Of a stretch of 58,894 nt of DNA, positions 24,255 to 36,179 are shown piece by piece. The stretch comes from Chiloscyllium plagiosum (taxonomy: Eukaryota). Each line of letters opens with the position of its first letter. Within the stretch, counting starts at the first letter, position 1. The DNA is taken from positions 4,889,794-4,948,687 of the forward strand of contig NC_057719.1 of the NCBI RefSeq assembly GCF_004010195.1. The letters are read 5' to 3'. The notes beneath the pieces were generated by a model. The model did no database searches and was not told the origin of the DNA. It saw nothing but the letters and a program-made list of their open reading frames with translations. The position numbers were made by a program, and so were the translations under genes.

Positions 24255-24910
24255 CTTGAAGCAGGAGGCTGTTCAGCATTGTGTCTGCTCCAGTCTGAAT
24301 GAGATCACAGCTAATTTGCCTTCGTTCCATCTTCCCATAATATCGCCATATTCTTCAAATCCCGTCCTCTACAAAAAGACATCTGTACCTGTTTTGAACA
24401 TATTTGACAACTGGGCATCTGTACTTCGCTTGGGTTAAAAAATGTCAAAGATTCACAGCCCTTTCTGTAAAGAAACTCTTCCCCATCTCAGACCCACGTA
24501 TTTGATCCCCTATTCTGAAACTGTGACTGGAGAGTTCTCGAACTCGCACACTGGGAGAAACATCCTCCAAGTATCTGTACTGTTCATGCCCCTAACCATG
24601 TTTTACCTTTTTGCTCAGATCACATCTCATTCTACAAAACCCCAAAGAACAGATGCTTTGTCTCCAGGATTTCTCATCATGGGACGTTTTCCAAATTTCA
24701 GGAATCTCTGTAATAAATGTTTGGTTCACTCCCTTTATAAATAAATCCCTCCTGCGATAAGGAATTCAAGGCTGGAAGTTATATTCCAGGTGTGGCCTCA
24801 CAAAGGCCCTATACAATCGCAATAAGACTTCCTACAGTCTTGCATTGCAATCTCTTTGTAACAAATGTTAATGTATCGTTTGCCGGTTTAATTGCTTCAT
24901 AAAGCTGCAT
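24255..24910 (-). mobile_element. Old CR1 3' fragment
   Basis: Decayed similarity (ATATTCCAGGTGTGGCCTCACAAAGGCCCTATACAA reads LYRAFVRPHLEY on the minus strand). Confidence 0.65.
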
Positions 24911-25344
24911 GGCATGTGTAGTAATGTATGCCGGTGGTAATATTTTCTGAGGGCGAATTTATCTGATACTTACCATCTAAACAACGTCACAAAAGAGTTT
25001 GCAAACATTTGTCTTTTGTTGAACAAAATGTTTTAGTTCGTAATCTGTACTTTTTCTGTATGTGCAATGTTTGTTTTAGGGCCTGTGTATGTTTTGGGCC
25101 CCTCTGAATGAGAAGGATCTTTGCTTATGGCAAGATCTTGTGCGAGGTGTCTTGGGGAGGCCGATTGTGCTGCAGTTACCACAGGGTTCTGATTGGCCAG
25201 GGGATTCTCCCTCGCCTCTGTAACCTTTGTACTGTGTAAGGGCTTCAGGACGTTAGAGCATCCTTGTGATGTCACAGAGCTCCCCAATGCAGTGGCCTAG
25301 TGTTAACATAGTGAGCATATTACTCCAGAGAGCCTGTAAACGGG

Positions 25345-25705
25345 CTGGGAACCTGCATTTAAATCGCACCATGGCAGGCGGTGGAGTGCAAAATCAATTT
25401 TTTTTAAAAAAAACAAGCCTGGAATTAGGAGCCCACAAAACCGTTCCTAACTGTCAGGGGGAAAAAATTCATCTAACCCACTGATGCCCTTTGGGGAAGG
25501 AAACTGCCATCCTTAACCTAGGACAAATGTTCGGCACAACATCGTGGGCCGAAGGGCCTGTTCTGTGCTGTATTGTTCTATGTTCTATGTTAACCTGGGC
25601 TGGCCTACATGTGACTCCAGATCCATAGCAATGTGGATGACTCTACTCTGCTCTGTGGGTAATAAATACTGACCTAGTCAGGTGAGGCCCACATCTGATG
25701 AATGC
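25345..25705 (+). mobile_element. tRNA-type SINE family 2 with a nested 70-bp CR1 tail
   Basis: Core GGGGAAGGAAACTGCCATCCTTAACCT...GGCCTACATGTGACTCCAGA is split by 25520-25589. Confidence 0.65.
25520..25589 (+). mobile_element. Extremely 5'-truncated CR1 insertion
   Basis: GGGCCGAAGGGCCTGTTCTGTGCTGTATTGTTCTATGTTCTATG tail; TSD TTAACCT at 25513-25519 and 25590-25596. Confidence 0.8.
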
Positions 25706-26865
25706 TTTGTTTTTAGCCATTCGGTGTGAGTCCTTTAACACATCATACTCTCTCTGGAAGAGGACTGTAATGGTCAGGTTAGAGAGAGTCTTGTGAACAC
25801 ATGGACATGAACATGCAAAGAAAATAGACTTAATGTAACTGTTAAGATTTGAACCCGGTGTATACGTGAGTACCAGAAACAGCAGTGTTTAGTATAAATG
25901 TGTCATAAATGCTGTTACTTTAAAGTCTTAAGCTTGGAGACAGTCCTTGACTTTGTGCAGATTGGTCAAGGAAACTGCAATCTGCCAAGTCAGTGTGCAC
26001 CAAACCCATTCCCCTCTGAAGGATTTTTTGTTTTAAAAAATAAATCAGTTCCTAATGTGGGACTTGAGCCCATGCATTTTAGCTCAGGCAGGGACACTGT
26101 TCACTGCACCACAAGATCTCCTGTGCATATGAAAACCTTTTTGATAAATTGGTTAAGGCATCACATTACTGCATCTCTGAGTCAAGAATGAATCTGTGTA
26201 GCTTCTGAAGATCTGTCTGTTTATATCTAATGTGTGAACTAAGTTATAGTCTTGCTATACTCCCTCTAAGTTTACAATATTCAGAACAGAATGGTTAATC
26301 CGTCACCATCTAGACATTTGGCCCATCGAATCTACACCGACCCTAGAAAGAGGTTTCCTTTTTCAGTCACCATTAATTCTCCTGGGATGTTAGGAGTCCA
26401 GGAGTTCCTGTCTTTCCACCAACCCACTCCCCGAACCTCGATAGGAGGGAGCTTGGGGGTTTTGGACCTATTTGTAATCGCTTAACTGAGCTCAATTGTC
26501 TTGTCCAAACTGGTCGATAATTAATTTAATCTGCTGTATTTAGACTCTCTCAAATTTGCTTCCCCTTTTTTCTGTTCCACTCCTTTTTTCTGTTCCTGCA
26601 CCACCTCATTTTCTTTATCAATAAAAGGATGTACTTAAAAACTGGAGACTGTTTTCACCTAAAGTCTCTGCTCTGTGAATCATAACCTGCAAAAGTCCCA
26701 GTGCAAAATTCACTTTCTCGTGTTCAAGTCCTTCCACAGCCTCACCCCTCTCTATCCATTAAACCTCCCTGACCCTAACCTCTAAGACTTTCATTCCTCC
26801 CCACTTCAGCTTCTTAAGTTTTCCAGTTTCTTCCTTCCCCTCCCAACCTTGGCAGTTGTATTTTT

Positions 26866-27033
26866 ATTTGGCTGGATGGCAGGTTTTTAATGCAGAGTGA
26901 CACCGACAACATGGGTTCAATTCTCACATCGGCTAATGTCACCCATGAAGGATTCCCCTGCTCAACCACTCCCCATTATCTGAGGTGTGGTGACCCTCGG
27001 GTTAAACAACCACCAATTGTCTCTCTAATAAGA
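26866..27033 (+). mobile_element. tRNA-type SINE relic (family 3)
   Basis: B-box-like GGGTTCAATTC; similar to the reverse complement of 6162-6340. Confidence 0.5.
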
Positions 27034-27786
27034 TTTGTTTGGTCCTAGTCCTGATATTTACTCATGTGACCCTGTGTGAAGCCTTGTCTGATTAAGTTGT
27101 TTAGGTGCTTCACTACATTTAAAGATGCTATATAAAGACAAATTTAGTGTTTTTGGAATGATTAGGCATTGCTGAGACTTGCATACATGTTGCATAAACC
27201 TGTTCAAGTTCCTCTCTTACACGCAGATGTTTATTCTAGAAAACTAATTGTGAATGAAAACGTTTATGGAGCCATCTTTAGGGCAAGTCTATTTTTCCAA
27301 AGATTATAATCTTTCTGGATAAAATGTCCACCTTGTTGGCCCGGTGTGGTTTTTATAATAAGCCACGTAATTTGTAGTAATAGGTGCAAGGTAGCGCTAT
27401 GGTCTTGAAAGCGTTAAATTAATTCAGCCAGTAAATTAATGAGTGTAACCTCTGACCCTGTTGGCTCTCCACAGAAGTGCTCTGATTCCCAGAGGTGTCC
27501 AGTTTCCAATAAACTATTCACCAGGATTTTGTTCAAAACGCCATTCTTCTATGCTGCTTATAAGTGGAATTGTACTGGGTTTGAGCGTTGTTTGATTCTG
27601 AAAGTCACTGATGTATGATGTAAGGCATAATAATGTTACAGCACAATCTTTCATCAAGTAGATGCAGCTTAATACCCAGCAACAAAACATTCTTTTATCT
27701 TTCCATCGTTTTCAAAGCTTGGGGCTGGAGATTCTGTCTTCTGTGAGCTGGGGCCTCTGAAATTGTGGACCCTGGTGTTTTTCCTG

Positions 27787-28245
27787 GAATCATACAGAAG
27801 ACACCCTTCAGCCCATTTGGTGTATACTGCTGCACCACCTACAGCAGTCCCACACTCTCACATTGGGCTCGTCGCCTTGAATATTATGACACTTCTAGTG
27901 CTCATTTTAAAAGTTGAGGTTTCCTGCCTCAACTACTCCCTGGCAGTGCATTCCAGACCCCCCCCTGCAAAAGCTTTTGCTCAAAGCCCTCTATACCTCC
28001 TGCTTTTCACTTTATTCCCCTTGCTCTTGATCCTTCCTGATTGAAGGGTACAGCTTCTTTCTATTTGCCTCCCCCACACCATCAGTGCCCCTCATCATCT
28101 TATAGGCGTACATCAGGTGTCACCTGCCCCCCCCCCCTTCTCACCCTGAGCTTATCTAGCCTCCTCCGTGGCTAAAGCGCTCCATCCCAGGCAACATCCT
28201 GGTGAATGTCCTTTATTTCCCTTCCAGTTCAATCACATCCTTCCC
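27787..28245 (-). mobile_element. CR1 3' fragment
   Basis: CCATCCCAGGCAACATCCTGGTGAAT and CTCCCTGGCAGTGCATTCCAGAC CR1 motifs. Confidence 0.65.
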
Positions 28246-28351
28246 TTACCACACCCTTCTAAATGTCTGTTGAGTGGCTTCACGATGCAGAAGCACAGGA
28301 AGGCCATTCAGCCCCTCAAGCTTACCCTGCCGTTCTAAATCATGGCTGATT

Positions 28352-28540
28352 TTTTAAAAAATTCACTTGTTGGATGTACGCATCGCTGGCTGGGAATTTA
28401 TTGCTTGTCCCTAGTTGACCCTTGAGAAGGTGGGGGGTGAGCTGCCTTCTTGAACTGCTGCAGTCAGTGTGTTGTAGGTAGACCCACAATGCCGTTAGGG
28501 AGGAAATTCCAGGATTCTGACCCAGTGACACTGAAGTGAT
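28352..28540 (-). mobile_element. LINE family 2 3' tail
   Basis: CCTTGAGAAGGTGG...GAGCTGCCTTCTTGAACTGCTGCAGTC...ATTCCAGGATTCTGACCCAGTGACAC. Confidence 0.75.
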
Positions 28541-28606
28541 CATCTAATTCGGCCATATTTCCACACATCTCCCTTTTGCATTGATGTCATTACAAACTAG
28601 AAGTCT

Positions 28607-28726
28607 ACTGAAAGGCTTATGCCCAAAACGTCAATTCTCCTGCTCCTCTGCTGCCTGACCTGCTGTGCTTTTCCAGCACCACAATCTCGACTCTGATCTC
28701 TAGCATCTGCAGTCCTCACTTTCTCT
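28607..28726 (+). mobile_element. PLE pLTR-derived element (family A), degenerate hammerhead
   Basis: AAGGCTTATGCCCAAAACGTCAATTCTCCTGCTCC...CTGCAGTCCTCACTTTCTC. Confidence 0.8.
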
Positions 28727-28727
28727 T

Positions 28728-29385
28728 AAATGAATTCCAAAAGCTCCTACAGGTATGTAAAAGTGAAATGTTTGGCTAAAACAAATCAGAATCAGGGCAG
28801 TTTATAATGGGGGGAGTGGGAATTGACAGAGGAGCTAAATAATTACTTTGCCTGTTTTCACTACAGAAGATACAAGAAGTCTCCCAGAATTAAAGACCCA
28901 AATGGCTAGGGAGAACAAATTGAAGGCAATTGGTATCAGTAAGAAGGTTGTATTGGAGAAATTAATGGAGTTGATAAATCCTTAGAACCCGACAGCCAAA
29001 ACCCTAGAGTCTTGAAGGAAGTATCTATGAAGATAGTCAATAGATCGGTGACATGTTTTAAAGGGCATAGACCAAGTCGATACAGATAGGATATTTTGCC
29101 TGGTTAGGCTGTCTAGAACCTGGGGGAAGCAAATTAATAATAATAAAGGGGGTTCTATTTAGGTTTGAGATGAGAGAAGATTTTGTTTACTGAGAGAATC
29201 TTTGGGATTCTGTAGCCCATAGGGAAACTCCAGCTTTGAGTCTACCTAAAGTAGAGATTTGGTAAATTTTTAATCTTCAGCGTAAAGGCTTATAGGCACA
29301 GTGTTGCAAAAGGTATTGAAGTGTTTGATTATCCATCATTGTATTCGGTGGTGCAGCATACTTGATGGTCTCCTGTTCCTGTGAA
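28728..29385 (+). mobile_element. Old CR1 fragments
   Basis: Decayed similarity to CR1 ORF2 (GAGGAGCTAAATAATTACTTTG; GATAAATCC...CCTAGAGTCTTGAAGGAA) and 3' UTR. Confidence 0.6.
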
Positions 29386-29837
29386 TCTCTGCAATGAACC
29401 TGATGGCTGAGCTTTTACAGATCTTCTGGGGTTAGAGAATTGCAAAGATTGACCACCTTCTAAGTCAAGAAGCCATGTAGAATAGAATAGTGCAACAAAG
29501 AAGGCCATTCAGCCCCTTGTATCCATATGTGTTCTTTCCAGTCTATCCTAACCCCAACCCCCAATTTGTTTTTTTCCTGTTCAATGTTACTCGGACTAGA
29601 TGGTCAATTTCTGCTTGTTCCCTTCCATGAGAGAAGAGAGTACATTCCAAATTGTAACCACACCTCGTGTGAAAGGTTTCTCTTGTTGCCTCTGGTTCTT
29701 TTGCCAATTAATTTAAATCTGGGTTATCTGATTAGTTGCTCAGAAGAAGGTTGTGATTTTTATTACATGTCAGAATGTTTCAAATGAACAGATTTGTAGT
29801 ATTGATATTTATAATAAAGAAAAGCCTACAAATTTGA

Positions 29838-30085
29838 GACTTCGACCACCGAGAAGGACCAGGGCAGCAGATACATGGGAACACAACCATTTGCAAGTCC
29901 CCCTCCAAGCCACTCACCAGCCTGACTTGGAAATACATCGCCGTTCCTCAGTATCACTGGGTCAGAATCCTGGCATTCCCTCCCTGAGGACATTGTGGGT
30001 CAACCCACAGCACATGGACGGCAGCGGGTCAAGAAGGCAGCTCACCCACCCCCCCCGCCCCACCACCTCCTCGAGGGTTGGCAAT
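29838..30085 (+). mobile_element. LINE family 2 3' end
   Basis: GGGCAGCAGATACATGGGAACAC...GACTTGGAAATACATCGCCGTTCC...AAGAAGGCAGCTCACC. Confidence 0.75.
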
Positions 30086-30228
30086 ACTCCTTTACTGATT
30101 TAAAGACTACATTTGTTTCTGACATGAATTGATACTTTACTTTTAAAAATGAGCACCCAGTTTATTACTTTGTGTTATAGTGAACATGTTACCAAACATT
30201 TATATTTTCTTGGATTCCTGTTACTTTT

Positions 30229-31285
30229 GAGAAAGTGAGGACTGCAGATGCCGGAGATCGGAGATCAGAGTCGAGAGTGTGATGCTGGAAATTCCTTTGC
30301 CAACGCTGCATCGGTTCTCAGGATGACCAATTCTATCATAGAAAATCCCAGATGGCCGCCTCCTTCAAGGATCGCAATTTCCCCTCCCACGTGGTTGATG
30401 CCCTCCAGTGCATCTCCTCCACTTCCCACACCTCTGCTCTTGAACCCTACCCCTCCCAACACAACAAGGACAGACTCCTCCGGTCCTCACCTTCCACCCC
30501 ACCAACCTCCTTATACATTGCATCATCCTCTTCCACCTCCTCCACCTACAAACAGACCCCACCGCTAGGGATATATTTCCCTCCCCACCCCTATCAGCTT
30601 TCCGGAGAAACCATTCCCTCTGAGGCTCCCTTGTCAGATTCACTCCCTTTGCGCCCCCCACCCCCCGCCAGCGCTCGGCCCACTCCTGGCACCTTCCCCT
30701 GCCAATGCAGGAAGTGCAAAACCTGCGCCCACACCTCTCCCCTCACTTCTGTCCAGAGCCCCAAAGAAATCTTCCACATCCAACAGACATGTTACCAGTG
30801 CCTCCACCAGCATCATCTACTGTAACCATTACACCTGATTTGGTTTCCTCCACATCGGGGAGACAGATTGCCAGCATGCGGATCGCTTCAGAGAACATCT
30901 CTGGGACCCCTGCACCAACCAACCCCACTGCCCCATGGCTGAATACTTCAACTCCCCATCCCACTCCACCAAGGGCATGCAGGTCCTGGGCCGCCTCCTT
31001 CACCAAACCCTAACCATCCGATGACGCCTGGATGAAGGACGCCTTGGGGACCCTGCAACCACATGGGATTAATGTGGATTTCACCAGTTTCCTCATTTAC
31101 CCTACCCCCACTCTATCGCAGTCCCAAGCCTCCAGCTTGGCACTGCCCTCTTGACTTGTCCATCATCTTTTCCATCCATCCATTCCGCCCTCCTCTCTGA
31201 CCTATCACCTTCTCCCCCACTTTCATCTACCTATCACATTCTCAGCTAGCTTCTCTCCCAGTCCCAAGCCCTGTCCCTCTCAGCA
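30229..31285 (+). mobile_element. Penelope-like element, 5'-truncated (RT C-terminal/Cys-His linker plus GIY-YIG), preceded by an inverted pLTR piece (30229-30291)
   Basis: Frameshifted ORF: PGTFPCQCRKCKTCAH, HIGET...ADRFREHLW, GTLQPHGINVDF; first 60 bp are the reverse complement of the family A pLTR end. Confidence 0.88.
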
Positions 31286-31501
31286 TACAGGAAATAGCCA
31301 AGAGGATGGCCACGTGTCTGCCAACAGGTGGATTCTACCTGGGATCAGAAAGTTCCCAAAGCCCTGCCCCATTTCCAATATCCTCAATTGTGCTCCAGAC
31401 CCACCAGCAATGTGATTGACTCTCAACCACAATCTGGGATGGGCAATAAATGCAGGCCTAGCCAGAATCACCCTTGTCCTGTGAAAGAATTCTGGAGCGG
31501 C

Positions 31502-32286
31502 TGATGGAGTCAACTTAGATAAATGTGATGTGCTGCATTTTGAGAAAGCAAATCTTAGCAGGACTTATACACTTAATGGTAAGGTCCTAGGGAGTGTTGC
31601 TGAACAAAGAGACCTTGGAGTGCAAGTTTATAGTTCCTTGAAAGTGGAGTCGCAGGTAAATATGATAGTGAAGAAGGTGTTTGGTATGCTTTCCTTTATT
31701 GGTCAGAGTATTGAGTACAGGAGTTGGGAGGTCATATTGCAGCTGTACAGGATGTTGGTTCAGCTACTTTTGGAATATCGCGTGCAATTTTGGTCTCCTT
31801 CCTAATGGAAGGATGTTGTGAAACTTGGAAAGAGTTCAGAAAAAATTTACAAGGATGCTGCCAGGGTTGGAGGATTTGAGCTATAGGAGAGGCTGAATAA
31901 GGCTGTTTTCCCTGGAGTGTCGGAGGCTGAGGGGTGACCTTATAGAGGTTTATAAAATCATGAGTGGCATGGATAGAATAAATGGACAAAGTCTTTTCCC
32001 TGGGCTGGGGGAGTCCACAACTAGAGGACAAAGGTTTAGGGTGAGAGGGGAAAGATATAAAAGGGACCTAAGGGCAATGTTTTCACACACAGGGTGGTAT
32101 CTGTATGGAATGAGCTGCCAGGGAAAGTGGTGGAGGCTGGAACAATTGCAATATTTAAAAGGCATTTGGATGGGTATATGACGAGGAAGGGTTTAGAGGG
32201 ATATGGGCTGCGTGCTGGCAGGTGGGATGAGGTTTGTTTAGGATACCTGGTTGACATGGACGAGTTGGGCATCTCTATGACTCTAA
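31502..32286 (+). mobile_element. CR1/HER1-type LINE 3' fragment
   Basis: ORFs LHFEKANLSRTYTLNGKVL...LLEYRVQFWSP and VWNELPGKVVEAGTIAIFKRHLDGYM. Confidence 0.92.
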
Positions 32287-32911
32287 ATCATCACCACCCA
32301 AAGAGGAGACCTGTTTGGAGATCTGAGCTGTAGTACATGTCTACTGATCATGCTCTTTCCCCAAGATTGGGATGAAGATCCTAGTTTGCCTCTCTCCCTC
32401 TTGCTGTGAAGTGGACTGTGAATGTTAATGCTGCTCCGTACACTCCGGGGTTTGCTGATGTAATCCTCTTTCTCTCAATTTTGGTCACGTAGAAATTGTA
32501 CCCACAGTGAGTTCCAAAAGTACGAGTGTGATTGTTTGCTGGAATTCTGAGATATATTTACAGAAGGTGCTGGAAACTGTCAGCAAGTCAGACAGCATCT
32601 AATGAGAGAGGAGCCGTTCAGGTTTCAGGTCAATGATCTTTCAGCAGGAGGTCATCAACCATATCTCCTAATATGGTTCAAGGGTCAAATCATATCTGAT
32701 AACACTCCAAAGCAACTTTAGAAAATATTGCTCCGTTGACGGGGGCAGTGAAACAACACAGATTATTGTATAAAGCATGAGTCTACAAAGCTGTCGATGT
32801 AGGTATCCCCCCACCTGTCTGTCTGTCGAGGCTAGTGTTCCAATAAGCAATGCTGAGCTCTCACATGCCAGAACTTTAAAGATAGGTAATGACTCGCAAT
32901 GAGTCCCATGA

Positions 32912-33160
32912 CCATAGAATCCTGACACTGTGGAAGTATGCCATTAAGCCCATTGAGTCCATACCAGCCCTCTGCAGAGCATTCCTCCCAGGTCCATTTT
33001 TTGTCCTGCATTTCTCACAGCCTGCCTGCACATCCCTGGACACAATGGGACAATTTATGATGGCTAGTCCATCCTAGCCTGTGGGAGGAAACCAGAGCAC
33101 CCGGAGGAAACCCACACAGACACTGGGAGAATGTGCACACTCCACACAAGACTGTCTCCT
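32912..33160 (-). mobile_element. HE1-type V-SINE, partial
   Basis: GTGGGAGGAAACCAGAGCACCCGGAGGAAACCCACACAGACACTGGGAGAATGTGC. Confidence 0.8.
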
Positions 33161-34120
33161 GTGTTCAGCCATCAGCCTGTGTGATTGGCTGTTCAACGTT
33201 CACCCTGGCAGCGTAGTGCCCAACCTAGCCAATTCCTTTTTGTAAACTGCAAAACCTTCTCTCTCTGCCTGTCTTCACTGCTTCCTCCTTTTTACGATGT
33301 TCCTTTTTTTAAAAAAAAAACACACAAAACCTCTTCTTGAATAAATATTTGCTCCCCTAGTCCCATTACCTTCTCCTTTGCTTCGGTCTTAATTGATGCT
33401 CCTGTGGGAACATTTCACGATGCTAGGCTGCTGCGTAAATTAAAGTTTTGTTGCTTGACTGTTGTTTGAATAGTTTTCCCCCTACACCTTTGAGTTTTTT
33501 TTTGATTTTTTTTTAAATTTTTTGTTTGTACCCAGCAAATGAGTGTTCAAAGAACTCAAGTGCTTTTTTCTTCAGTTTTTCTTATCCAGAGATTAATCTT
33601 AAGAACTGTTACGACAATGGAAAGTCCATCCCACCCAAGTCTGGCCCATTGCACTGGAGCCCTGTACTCCTTCAACCTTTGGTGTGGAAATGGGACCCCT
33701 GCCCCAGTCACTTGAGAGGAGGTTCCACCTCGAAGTGCCGGCCCACCTGGTCAATCCGCTCCCTCATCTCAGATGTATCCCTGTCCTCTGAAACTAGGGG
33801 GATATGGCAGGCTGGAGGCTGCAAGGGTGGGAGAAAATAAAAATTAGTGTGAAAATAAGAAGCCTCCCATTGGCAATGGAGGTTTGGAATTTATTCTCCT
33901 CAAGTGGGTCTTGAGTCTGTGAATTCAATCTCTCAGAAGTCAGAGTCATAGTGTATTTTCCTGGGACAGAATTAGATGTTTGATTGATGAGGTTATGACG
34001 GTGGGCAGGAACTATGTTCGAGAAAGATTAAAATTTTAAAGTTATTCAAAAGTATTACGGGATATGGGAAAAAAAAGCAGGAGCCGGGTCATTGAGATGG
34101 AGGAACAGCCATGATTGTAT

Positions 34121-34448
34121 GGATGGCATGGTGGCTCAGTGGTTAGAACTGCTGCCTCACAGCACCAGGGACCCAGGTTCGAATCCAGCCTCTGGTGACT
34201 GTCTGTGTGGAGTTTGCATATTTCCCCGTGTGTGTGTGTGTGTGGATTGCCTCCCACAGTCCAAGGATGTACAGGTTAGGTGAATTGGCCATGCTAAATT
34301 GCCCATAGCAACCAGGGCTGTGTAGATTAGTTGCATTGGTCAGGCGAAATGTAGTGTGGTAGGGGAATGGGTCTGGGTGGGTTATTCCTCAGAGGGTTAG
34401 CGTGGACTTGTTGGGCCAAATGGCCTGTTTCCATAATGTAGGGATTCC
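34121..34448 (+). mobile_element. HE1-type V-SINE
   Basis: A box TGGCTCAGTGG, B box GGTTCGAATCC, V-domain with a (GT)n expansion, CR1-like tail. Confidence 0.88.
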
Positions 34449-34588
34449 ATGGTTCTGTGAATGGCAAAGCAGGCTCGAAGGGCCAAATGGCCTACTCCTG
34501 CGTCTGGTTTCTCTGAATGTGGGATTGTGGCCATGATCCCGCCTGCCCTGCTGGTATTGACTGGTGGAGGAGGGTTCGGGGGCTGAGT

Positions 34589-34782
34589 AAAAGCAAATTA
34601 CTGCAGATGCTGGAATCTGAAACCAAAAGAGAAAATGCTGGAAAATCTCAGCAGGTCTGGCAGCATCTGTAAGGAGAGAAAAGAGCTGATGTTTCGAGTC
34701 TAACTGACCCTTTGTCAAAGCTTTTTTCTCCTTGCCGATGCTGCCAGACCTGCTGAGATTTTCCAGCATTTTCTTTTTTGGT
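34589..34782. mobile_element. PLE-derived palindromic element (family C)
   Basis: 14-bp TSD TTCGGGGGCTGAGT at 34575-34588 and 34783-34796; arms GAAAATGCTGGAAAATCTCAGCAGGTCTGGCAGCATC / GATGCTGCCAGACCTGCTGAGATTTTCCAGCATTTTC; minus-strand TTGACAA-AGGGTCAGTTAGACTC-GAAACATC. Confidence 0.82.
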
Positions 34783-34810
34783 TTCGGGGGCTGAGTGGCT
34801 GATTGCTCCC

Positions 34811-34841
34811 TGTTTGTTTGTTTGTTTGTTTGTTTGTTTGT
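34811..34841. repeat. (TTTG)n microsatellite
   Basis: About 7 perfect TGTT units. Confidence 0.95.
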
Positions 34842-35559
34842 ATGTGTGTATGTGAGTGGAGCTAATTAGTCAGCTCTTTGAGTGTGTTTGCACATACGGG
34901 CCTAGCAGTTGACTGCGTTGTGCAATCTCATGATTTCATCGTCACAGTGCAGCATAGGGGCACGGCTTCAGAGTAACGAGGGACCAATCCTAGAGGCTCT
35001 GTCAGGTTTCTGTTTGTTTACCTGCTTGGTTCAGGAGTTGGATTACAGCATTGCAATGTCGAAGTGAGCTGAAACGAGTTGGGACTCGTACCCTCACTGT
35101 CTGTGACTCCGTCTCATCTTGGATAAGACCCTCCATGACTGGGGAAGCACTCAGTGCCATGTCCAAAAACAAGCAATGCCGACCGTTCCCAAACAAATTC
35201 AAACCCTGCGTTCGGTCCTTGAAATATCCAGTGTTTGCTAAAACTGTCTGCTGCTCCTGTGTCTGCCCACTTTTCTCACTCTGGCTGGAGGATGACACTA
35301 AGCATGTGAAAAGTCAATGTTGACTCAACTCCCTGTATGTTAAAGCTCTGGGTCACACACCCTCCTACTCAGCAGTTAGTCCCACGTTCCTGCTGTTTCC
35401 CAGCTCCTTCCTTTAGATTTCCAGTGCTCTGTGAACCCAATGACCTGCTGAAAGAGGAGCGCTCTGTCCTTGAGTCAATCTGAGGGTTGGGGAGAATGGC
35501 TGGGATCGATGTGGCAGCGGGAGCGTGCGAGGGGCTTCCTGGCAAACACACCGACTGCC

Positions 35560-36004
35560 TCAGTGCATACCACCTTGCTCCTCAGTCAAGAGATTGTGGG
35601 TTTGAGTCGCACCCATGTCAGAGACCTGGAGGCCAAAATCTGGGTGAGTGCCCCCTCCCATGCCAGTAACTGAGATAATGCTACACTGTTGGTAGTGCCA
35701 CCTTTTTCAGAGGTGCAGTTAAACTCGAAGCACTGTCTATCCTCATTAACTAATATATATTTAAAAATTCCTGGCATCATTCAAACATGCAGCAAACATC
35801 TCGCTGATGTCTTGACCAATATTTATCTCTGAGCCAAAAGCTGGTAAGCTGATGATGTGGTTTCTGGGATTTACATGTGTCTCTAAATCGGTGCAGTATT
35901 TCCGAAACTTCAATGGTTACTCAATTTCTGAAGTGTTTCATTGGCTGGACAGCTTTTCGGGGTGTCCCAAGGCTGTGAAAGGTGCAATAGAATTGTAACT
36001 TTTC
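35560..36004 (+). mobile_element. DeuSINE (SacSINE1-like), near full length, old
   Basis: tRNA-like head GTGGGTTTGAGTC, central ACCAATATTTATC, L2-like tail TTCATTGGCTG...GTGAAAGGTGCAATAGAA. Confidence 0.6.
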
Positions 36005-36179
36005 TGTTCCGCTCTTAGGGAGCCATAGCATTCTGACATGTCTGCTTTCTTGGGGATGAGTGAAGGTGACCAGTCGCACTCAATCTCCGGATGTGAGGAT
36101 TGGCTCTATTGGTGTCTCTGACTCCTAATACTAGATCCACGGGTGAAGAACTTAACTCTGTGCAGCGTCACCTTTTCTG

